A DNA stretch of 64,000 nt from Gemmatimonadota bacterium (GTDB lineage: Bacteria > Gemmatimonadota > Gemmatimonadetes > Gemmatimonadales > GWC2-71-9). Made by a program: the position numbers and the translations under genes. This document shows, in pieces, positions 9,226-16,151 of this stretch (position 1 is the first letter of the stretch; each line of letters begins with the position of its first letter). The stretch lies in the NCBI GenBank assembly GCA_039584325.1, contig JBDGYA010000009.1, forward strand, positions 944 through 64,943, in the 5' to 3' direction. Below the pieces are notes generated by a model that saw only the letters and a list, made by a program, of their open reading frames with translations, searched no databases and had not been told where the DNA came from.

Positions 9226-9846
9226 TCACTGATCACTGGCTCCCGGCCAGTGGCCACTCGCTAACCCATCTAGCTCCACCACGAAGTCGGCGCCGAAGTA
9301 GTACGCCAGCTCGTGCCGCAGTCCCCCGTACAGGGTCGGGCCGACGCCGGTGCAGATCAGCGATCCGTCGGCCACCTCGTCCGCCGGAAGGAGGAGCCCG
9401 TCCGTGAACGTGATCGGAAAGAGACAATCCACGATCGATTTGAGCTGGTGATAGTCGATGTCGTGTTCGAGACAGTAGGTATGGATGTAGCAACCCCTCC
9501 CGTCTCGTTTGAGGAAGACGCACGCCCCGTCCCGGACCCGTGTGCGGGCCGTGCCGCCTCCCGGTAGCTCGTCGTCCTGCTCGCGCGCCTTCACGAACCA
9601 CCGGTCGCGCGGGATTCCGCAGTACGCCTCCAGCGCATCCGCGTGGCGCATGATCGCGTCGAGATGGACGACGTCCACGTCCACCCCGTGCTCGCAGCAG
9701 TGATCGTGGCAGAAACCGCAGGCGAGACAGTGCGTGAAGTAGGTGAGCCGGAAGATCCGCGGATCCACCGCACGGATGATTGGCTGGCCGTAGCGGCTCG
9801 GATAGGGCCGGCTGAGCCCGAGGGCGTCGGCAACGGGGGTCGTCAT
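9226..9846 (-). CDS. YkgJ/UPF0153-like cysteine-cluster protein
   Basis: ORF 9226..10137(-), with the start re-placed at ATG 9846 (MTTPVADAL). Cys clusters 'CLACGFCHDHCCEHG' and 'CVFLKRDGRGCYIHTYC'. Confidence 0.6.
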   Translation of the reverse strand: MTTPVADALGLSRPYPSRYGQPIIRAVDPRIFRLTYFTHCLACGFCHDHCCEHGVDVDVVHLDAIMRHADALEAYCGIPRDRWFVKAREQDDELPGGGTARTRVRDGACVFLKRDGRGCYIHTYCLEHDIDYHQLKSIVDCLFPITFTDGLLLPADEVADGSLICTGVGPTLYGGLRHELAYYFGADFVVELDGLASGHWPGASDQ

Positions 9847-10084
9847 GGCCCGAGAATGTAACAGCATCGGGTCGTCCGCGGCGGCACCGGAGGCCACGAG
9901 TACTTGTGGTGCGGCGGGAGTGCGAGAATGTTGTGGCAGGGGTGGTCCGGGGACGCACGGTAACATCGCGGAGGTCGTCGTGTTCGTCGCTCGACTTCGG
10001 CTCGCTGGATCAGCGGGCAGGTGATCCGGCTGGCCGACCGGCGTACGCTGGGGCTGAAGACCAAACCGAGAAGAAAGGGTCAGC

Positions 10085-10219
10085 ATGGCCAACGAGCAGG
10101 TGCCGAGAGTGGGGCGGGTCGCCTGGACCGATCTCACCGTGGACCAGGCCGAGCTGGTCCGGGACTCCGGGGCCGTCGCCGCCCTCCACCAGGCCGCTCA
10201 GGAGGCTGAGGGAAGTGAC
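10085..10219 (+). CDS. Possible small protein (44 aa) leading the NTase operon
   Basis: ATG lies 5 nt after AAAGGG. Translation is MANEQVPRVGRVAWTDLTVDQAELVRDSGAVAALHQAAQEAEGSD. Third-position GC is high. The TGA stop overlaps the GTG start of the next gene (GTGACTGA). It is below the ORF-track length cutoff. Confidence 0.3.
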
Positions 10220-10700
10220 TGAACCGGCCACCGGGTGGATCGATGGCCTGCTCTGGGCGGTGGCGGAGCTCGAGCGGCTCGGCATACCGCACCAGCTCGT
10301 TGGTGGAGCCGCAGCTTCGCTGTACGGAGTCGATCGCCCGGTGCACGACGTGGACTTCTACGTGCCGGCGGCGGACCTGCCGAAACTCGTGGAGGCGCAG
10401 GCGCACCGACTGATCCGCCCGCCCCAACATCACCGGGACGAACACTGGGATCTGACGTTCCTCGCGCTGGAATACCGAGGAGTCCGCGTCGAGATCGCTG
10501 CAGCCGACGCCGCGTACCGCGAGCGGCATACGAGCCTCTGGCACGACGCCGCGATCGACTTCGCCGACGCGACGCCAGTGCGCGTCCGTGGTCGGATGGT
10601 GCAGGTGATGCCGGTCCAACGGCTCCGCGAGTACAAGCGGCGGCTCGACCGCCCGGTCGACCGCATGGACTGCGCGGCGCTCGAGGGGCACGCGTCCTGA
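10215..10700 (+). CDS. Pol-beta-fold nucleotidyltransferase (aminoglycoside/lincosamide-NTase-like)
   Basis: Last 161 aa of ORF 9906..10700. GTG 10215 follows GGAGG by 9 nt. The motif 'LVGGAAASLYGVDRPVHDVDFYV' resembles GGw..D...g..R.h.DiD. Confidence 0.6.
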   Translation: MTEPATGWIDGLLWAVAELERLGIPHQLVGGAAASLYGVDRPVHDVDFYVPAADLPKLVEAQAHRLIRPPQHHRDEHWDLTFLALEYRGVRVEIAAADAAYRERHTSLWHDAAIDFADATPVRVRGRMVQVMPVQRLREYKRRLDRPVDRMDCAALEGHAS

Positions 10701-11404
10701 TGGTTACGCGCGACGAGACCGGGTGCCGCTCCGCCGATCGCTACTATGCCGAGCTGAGCCAGCAGTACGACGAGAAGATTCGCCAGCTCGTTCCGCGCTA
10801 CGACGAGATGATGAACGTGGTCCTCGACCTCGTAACCCAAGCGAAGCCCGGAAGTGTGATCGACATTGGGGTCGGCACCGGAGCGCTCGACGCCGTTCTG
10901 CTCGAGCACCTACCCAGTATGGAGTTGATGGGGATCGACGCGAGCGCCGAGATGGTCGCACTCGCCACCCCAGCGCTCCGCCGCTTCGGCAATCGTGCGC
11001 GGGTCGTCCTCACCGACGTACGACGGTTTCGACCCCCGCACCCGGTCGACGTGGTTCTGTCCAATCTCGTGCTGCACAACCTGTCACCAACGGCCCGGGA
11101 GGCGCTGCTCGCCGACGTACACGGCTGGCTCGCACCGGGCGGCACCTTCGTATGGGGAGATCTGATTCGTCTGCCCGGGGCGGACGCTCAGCGGAGCGCC
11201 GTCGCCTTCCGCCGCCGTTTTGCCCTCGCCGCCGGTTGCGATCCCGGGCTCGTCGAAGAGAACTTTCGCAAGGAAGGCGAGGAGGACTGCCCCATGACGA
11301 CCAGCGAGATGCTTGCCGTGCTGCAGGACTGCGACCTCGAGGCCCGTCGCGTCGAGTGGACGCACGACACATTCGCCGTGGTCGCCGCGCGGCGGACGGC
11401 ATGA
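10700..11404 (+). CDS. Class I SAM-dependent methyltransferase
   Basis: ATG 10700 overlaps the upstream stop (TGATG). Motif I 'VIDIGVGTGALD' and post-I 'LMGIDASAEM', followed by 'VVLSNLVLHNL'. Confidence 0.8.
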   Translation: MVTRDETGCRSADRYYAELSQQYDEKIRQLVPRYDEMMNVVLDLVTQAKPGSVIDIGVGTGALDAVLLEHLPSMELMGIDASAEMVALATPALRRFGNRARVVLTDVRRFRPPHPVDVVLSNLVLHNLSPTAREALLADVHGWLAPGGTFVWGDLIRLPGADAQRSAVAFRRRFALAAGCDPGLVEENFRKEGEEDCPMTTSEMLAVLQDCDLEARRVEWTHDTFAVVAARRTA

Positions 11405-11907
11405 GCGACGTCGTGGTGATCACGGGTCCGCCTGGCTGCGGCGGGGAGGCAGCGGCGGAGCTGCTCGCGCGCCGGGTTTCCCGAGCGACGGTCATCGACA
11501 CGGACCGCCTCCACGAGATGATCGTCGTCGGACGACGCGAGCCCTGGGAGGGCGCCGAAGGCACCGCGCAGCGAGAGCTGCACATTCGGAACGCCTGCGC
11601 GCTGGCGGCCAACTTCGTCGCGGCCGGGTACCACCCGATCATCATTGATCGGCTCACCGACGAGACGGCGGCTCGCTATCGCGCGGCACTCGCGCCGGCA
11701 CGTGTGAAGATCCTGCTGCTCCTCCCCTCCTTCGAGGCCGTGGACCAGCGGAACGCGAGCCGCAGCCCCCCGTTCGCGGCCGACGTGCTCCGGAGCCTGT
11801 ACGAGTCGCAGCGGGATCTGTCCGAATTCGACCACTTGCTCGACAACACCAATCTCAATGCCACCGAGGTCGCCGAGCGGCTCCACGAAGACCTCTTCGG
11901 CGACTGA
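11401..11907 (+). CDS. P-loop NTPase/kinase-fold protein with degenerate Walker A
   Basis: ATG 11401 overlaps the upstream stop (ATGA). 'VVVITGPPGCGGEAAAELL' sits where GxxxxGK[ST] is expected. The protein has the size and layout of AAA_33/CPT-like small kinases. Confidence 0.6.
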   Translation: MSDVVVITGPPGCGGEAAAELLARRVSRATVIDTDRLHEMIVVGRREPWEGAEGTAQRELHIRNACALAANFVAAGYHPIIIDRLTDETAARYRAALAPARVKILLLLPSFEAVDQRNASRSPPFAADVLRSLYESQRDLSEFDHLLDNTNLNATEVAERLHEDLFGD

Positions 11908-11948
11908 TGCGGTCCAATACACGAGAAACGCGACCTTGGAGTGATACG

Positions 11949-13379
11949 ATGCGCAGGACACTGAGCGCGGTCCTGTGGCTCCCGCTGGCGATCGCACTCA
12001 CGCCGGCGGCATATGCCCAGACCGACTTCGATCGTTTCTTTACCGACAAGACGATGCGGGTGGACTACTTTCACACCGGCGGCATGGGGGTGGAGATCGT
12101 CAGTCTCGACCGCGTCGTGTCGGACGGCCCCTGGGCCGGGTCCATCACGCAGCTCGTCGACGAGACGAACCTCGGCAAGTACCTCGTCGAGGTCTACGAC
12201 GCGACCGGCGACCAGCTCCTCTACTCCCGTGGCTTCGCATCGATCTACGGAGAGTGGGAAACCACCGCCGAGGCCCAGGAGACGCATCGCACCTTCCACG
12301 AGTCCGTCCGATTCCCGTGGCCCCAAGCCCCCGTCCGGATCGTCCTCAACAAGCGCAACGCCGTGAACGCGTTCGAGCCGTTCGCGGAGTTGGACATCGA
12401 TCCCGCCGGCCGGCCGGTCAACCCGGCCGATCTCGCCGCGCGCGGCACGGTATGGACCCTGTTCGAAAACGGCCCGCCGCAGGAGAAAGTCGACCTCGTC
12501 GTGCTGGGCGAGGGGTACACGGACGCCGAGTTGCCCCAGTTTCATGACGACGTACGTCGTCTCGTCCGCCGCTTGTTCGAGTACGAGCCGTTCAAGAGCC
12601 GCCTGAGCGACTTCAACGTGCGAGCTATCGATCTTCCGGCCGCCAAGAGCGGCGTGTCCCGGCCCCACGGTGGCAAGTATCGCCGCAATCCGATCGCCAC
12701 CCAGTACAGCATCTTCGACAGCGAGCGGTACGTTCTCACCTTCGACAACCGCACCTTCCGCGACGTGCTCTCGGCCGCGCCATACGAGTTCGCGGTCATT
12801 CTCGTGAACGAGAAGCAGTACGGCGGCGGTGGGATCTTCAACCTGCAGGCGACGGCGGCCGTCGGCTCGGAGTTCGCGGACTATCTCTTCATCCACGAAT
12901 TCGGCCACCACTTTGCAGGCCTGGGGGACGAGTACTACACCTCACCCGTGGCGTACGAGACCGGCGCCGTCGAGCACATCGAGCCGTGGGAGCCGAACGT
13001 GACCGCACTCCACGACCCCGCGCGGCTCAAGTGGCACGATCTCGTCGCGTCCAACACACCCCTCCCGACACCCTGGGCGAAGGATCGGTTCGAGACACAC
13101 GCCCGAGAGATCCTGACTCGTCGGCAGCGGATGATCGACGAGCAGGCGCCGGAGGAGCAGTTCGACGCCCTCTTCCGCGAGCAGCGGGCGATCGAGACGG
13201 ACATGCTCGACTCGATGGAGTACTCAGGGGAGGTCGGCGCGTTCGAGGGCGCCTCGTACGAGCCCCGCGGACTGTATCGGCCCGAGATCGACTGCATCAT
13301 GTTCTCGCGCAACATGCTTCGGTTCTGCGAGGTGTGCCGGCGCGCGCTCGAGCGCATCATCGATCTGTACGCTTCGTGA
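11949..13379 (+). CDS. Peptidase M64 (IgA-peptidase-like zinc metalloprotease), secreted
   Basis: Signal peptide 'MRRTLSAVLWLPLAIALTPAAYAQ'. Zinc motif 'IHEFGHHFAGLGDEYY'. Confidence 0.8.
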   Translation: MRRTLSAVLWLPLAIALTPAAYAQTDFDRFFTDKTMRVDYFHTGGMGVEIVSLDRVVSDGPWAGSITQLVDETNLGKYLVEVYDATGDQLLYSRGFASIYGEWETTAEAQETHRTFHESVRFPWPQAPVRIVLNKRNAVNAFEPFAELDIDPAGRPVNPADLAARGTVWTLFENGPPQEKVDLVVLGEGYTDAELPQFHDDVRRLVRRLFEYEPFKSRLSDFNVRAIDLPAAKSGVSRPHGGKYRRNPIATQYSIFDSERYVLTFDNRTFRDVLSAAPYEFAVILVNEKQYGGGGIFNLQATAAVGSEFADYLFIHEFGHHFAGLGDEYYTSPVAYETGAVEHIEPWEPNVTALHDPARLKWHDLVASNTPLPTPWAKDRFETHAREILTRRQRMIDEQAPEEQFDALFREQRAIETDMLDSMEYSGEVGAFEGASYEPRGLYRPEIDCIMFSRNMLRFCEVCRRALERIIDLYAS

Positions 13380-13390
13380 CCGGTGGGCCG

Positions 13391-14233
13391 ATGCCCTGGG
13401 CTCGCGGCGCCGTCGCCATCGCCGCAGCCTGCGCCGCCCTGCTGCTCGCGAGGCCGGTGCGCGCGCAGCAGGCCGGGGCATTCTTCCCAGACCAGCGGCT
13501 CATGCCCCGCCTCCTCGCAGGTCCGCTCGAGCCAACCACGGCCGTACGGCTGGTGTTTCCGACCAGGAGTCCAACACTGTTCGGGGAGATCCTGGAGGGT
13601 GAAACGGCGGTCGGCACGACCTTGGCGGTCCTCCGGCTGCACGGAACCGACGGCCGAGATGCCGTGCTCCTCGGCGTGGGGGGTGGGGTGGTCGCCCGCT
13701 TCAACATGGAGACGGAGGAGCGGGACCTCATCTCCAGCGACTGGATGTTCGTGCTGCCGATCGTCATCCGCCGCGACGGACACTGGCTCCGTCTACGGTA
13801 TTTCCACTCCAGCGCACACGTCGGCGACGAGTACCTGGAGCGGTTCGACACCACCCGGGTCCGGCACGCCCGCGATGCGGCGGAGGCCCTCGCGTTCCTG
13901 GACGTCGGTCGGGGACTGGGCCTCTACGTCGGCGGCCGCTGGGCCTTCCGCGTGGATCCCCCCGAGCACGCACGCTTCGCACTCCGCGCCGGAATCGAGT
14001 TCCAGCCTGCGTTGGGACCGATCCGGCCGTTTCTCGCGGCCGACGTCGAGAGCGATCAGCAATACGGCTGGACACCCCGTATCGATGCGCGCCTCGGTCT
14101 GTGGCTCACCCCGCGTGCAACGTGGCCGGGCGTACGCATCGAGCTTGGGTTTCTGCACGGTCCGCCGTTTCAGGGCCAGTTCGCGGAGGGCCGCACCACG
14201 TCCTTCTCCATGGGAGCCACAGTCGAATTCTAG
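13391..14233 (+). CDS. DUF1207 domain protein, secreted or outer-membrane associated
   Basis: Signal peptide 'MPWARGAVAIAAACAALLLARPVRAQQ'. Family-like 'RYFHSSAHVGDEY'. Confidence 0.65.
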   Translation: MPWARGAVAIAAACAALLLARPVRAQQAGAFFPDQRLMPRLLAGPLEPTTAVRLVFPTRSPTLFGEILEGETAVGTTLAVLRLHGTDGRDAVLLGVGGGVVARFNMETEERDLISSDWMFVLPIVIRRDGHWLRLRYFHSSAHVGDEYLERFDTTRVRHARDAAEALAFLDVGRGLGLYVGGRWAFRVDPPEHARFALRAGIEFQPALGPIRPFLAADVESDQQYGWTPRIDARLGLWLTPRATWPGVRIELGFLHGPPFQGQFAEGRTTSFSMGATVEF

Positions 14234-14250
14234 TGAGCACGGACGTGCGG

Positions 14251-14277
14251 GTGTCCCGCGGCGGACACGCGGGACAC
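14251..14277 (+). terminator. Perfect 10-bp stem, 7-nt loop hairpin after the DUF1207 gene
   Basis: gtgtcccgcg-gcggaca-cgcgggacac, located 18 nt after the stop codon. There is no U-tract. Confidence 0.4.
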
Positions 14278-14303
14278 GGGGCACCATCTCGGGGAGTACC
14301 GAC

Positions 14304-15047
14304 ATGCAGCTCACCAACCATCGAGTGCTGATCACTGGCGGGAGCGAGGGCATCGGACTCGCGCTGGCGCGGGCCTTCGTGCGCCGGGGGAATCGCGTTC
14401 TCGTGGCGGCCCGGAGAGCCGACCGACTCGCGGCCGCCGCCGCCCAGCTCCCGGGTCTCGCCACCGCGCAGTGCGACCTCACCGACGACCGGCAGCTGCG
14501 GGCCCTCGTCGCCACCACGGAGGAAACACTGGGCGGCCTCTCGATCCTCGTCAACAACGCCGGAGTGCAGTACAACGACCGGTACATCGAGGACGACGAC
14601 GCCGTGATCCTGGCACACGTCGACGCCGAGATCGGGCTCAACCTCACGGCCCTGGTGAAACTCACCACACTCTGCCTACCACTGCTGCGCCGGGCTGGCG
14701 CGGGGGCCATCGTGAACGTCTCTTCGGTCCTCGCGCTCGCGCCGAAGCGGAGCGCGCCGGTCTACTGCGCCACCAAGGCCGCCGTGCGGTCGTTCACGCA
14801 GGCACTGCGATACCAGCTCGCGGAGGCAACGTCGATCTGCGTCGTCGAGGCACTGCCCCCGATGGTCGATACAGCGATGACGGCCGGCAGGAAGGGCAAC
14901 AAGATGTCGCCGGAGGAGGTGGCCCGCGAGATCCTGGACGGACTCGCGGAGGATCGTGAGGAGATCTACGTCGGCGTGGCGCGCAAGTTCGCCGTGTTAC
15001 GACGTCTCCTGCCGGGCGTCGCCGCACGGACCATGCGCAACCGCTGA
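14304..15047 (+). CDS. SDR family oxidoreductase
   Basis: 'ITGGSEGIGLALA' (TGxxxGxG), 'NNAG' and catalytic 'YCATKAA' (YxxxK). Confidence 0.85.
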   Translation: MQLTNHRVLITGGSEGIGLALARAFVRRGNRVLVAARRADRLAAAAAQLPGLATAQCDLTDDRQLRALVATTEETLGGLSILVNNAGVQYNDRYIEDDDAVILAHVDAEIGLNLTALVKLTTLCLPLLRRAGAGAIVNVSSVLALAPKRSAPVYCATKAAVRSFTQALRYQLAEATSICVVEALPPMVDTAMTAGRKGNKMSPEEVAREILDGLAEDREEIYVGVARKFAVLRRLLPGVAARTMRNR

Positions 15048-15048
15048 C

Positions 15049-15606
15049 ATGCCGGACCACTTCGACCTCTTCGCGCGGATCTACGAACGGGTCATCCCGC
15101 CTCCGGACCCAGCAGAGCTGGTCGCGCTGCTGGGCCTGCCCACGCGAGGGCGGCTGCTGGACGCTGGGGGAGGTACCGGCCGTGTGGCCGGCGCGCTCCG
15201 GCCCTACGTGGACCAGGTGATCGTCAGCGATCTCTCGTTGGGCATGCTGCGACAGACGGGCTGCAAGGACGCACTCGTGCCGGTCCGTGCGCATGTCGAA
15301 CGCCTGCCGTTCCCCGACCACAGCTTCGATCGGATCGTGGTCGTGGACGCGTTGCATCACTTCTGCGATCAGGAGGAGGCGATCGCCGATCTGCTGCGCG
15401 TGATGGCCCCCGAGGGCCGTCTGGTTATCGAGGAACCGGACGCCACACGGTTCGTCGTCAAGCTCGTGGCTCTCGCCGAGAAGCTCGCGTTCATGCGGAG
15501 CCGGTTCTTGACGCCGGAGTCGATCGGCGCGGTGGTACGCGCGCACGGCCGCAGTGTCACGATCCACCGCGGGGACCACTTTCGCGCCTGGATCGTCGCC
15601 GAGTGA
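15049..15606 (+). CDS. Class I SAM-dependent methyltransferase
   Basis: Motif I 'LLDAGGGTGRVA', then 'FDRIVVVDALHHF'. The start is 1 nt after the SDR stop codon. Confidence 0.8.
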   Translation: MPDHFDLFARIYERVIPPPDPAELVALLGLPTRGRLLDAGGGTGRVAGALRPYVDQVIVSDLSLGMLRQTGCKDALVPVRAHVERLPFPDHSFDRIVVVDALHHFCDQEEAIADLLRVMAPEGRLVIEEPDATRFVVKLVALAEKLAFMRSRFLTPESIGAVVRAHGRSVTIHRGDHFRAWIVAE

Positions 15607-15647
15607 CGACCGTCGCCGTCGCCCCGTCGGGGGGGTAGATTCTCCCC

Positions 15648-16151
15648 ATGTCTCCCAACGCCTCTTTCGACGTCTCGACCGGTGCCGACCTTCAGGAGGT
15701 CGACAACGCCGTGAACCAGGCCCTGAAGGAAGTCGCGCAGCGGTACGACTTTCGGGGAAGCAAATGCAGCATCGACTTCGACCGTAAGGCCGCGACGATT
15801 CACCTCGAGGCGGATGACGAGTTCCGCATGAAGGCGCTCTCGGAGGTACTGCGCGGGAAGATGGTCCGTCGGAAGGTCCCGGTGAAGAACCTGCACGAGA
15901 GCGAGAGCGAGCCGGCGGCGGCCAGCAGAGTGCGGCGCGTCGTTGCGCTGCAGCAGGGCATCCCGGAGGAGGTCGCCCGCCGCATCGTGAAGGACGTCAA
16001 GTCGCAGGGTTATAAGAAGACACAGGTCGCCATTCAGGGTGAGGAGCTCCGTGTCACCAGCCCGTCGCGTGACACTCTGCAGGAGGTGATCGCGTTCTTG
16101 CGGGGGCAGGATTACGGGATCGAGCTGACGTTCGGGAACTATCGCTCGTGA
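15648..16151 (+). CDS. yajQ: YajQ family (UPF0234) nucleotide/c-di-GMP-binding protein
   Basis: 'SFDVSTGADLQEVDNAVNQALKEVAQRYDFRGS' and the ~165-aa length are typical of YajQ. Confidence 0.85.
   Translation: MSPNASFDVSTGADLQEVDNAVNQALKEVAQRYDFRGSKCSIDFDRKAATIHLEADDEFRMKALSEVLRGKMVRRKVPVKNLHESESEPAAASRVRRVVALQQGIPEEVARRIVKDVKSQGYKKTQVAIQGEELRVTSPSRDTLQEVIAFLRGQDYGIELTFGNYRS

Noticed and set aside
9221-9252. Tandem TGATCAC x2 and the CACTGG-N7-CCAGTG hairpin at the convergent DUF71/YkgJ junction
   Set aside because: These are short (7-nt repeat, 6-bp stem) and mostly lie inside the 3' coding end of the YkgJ-like gene. They are compatible with chance or a weak terminator and are not distinctive.
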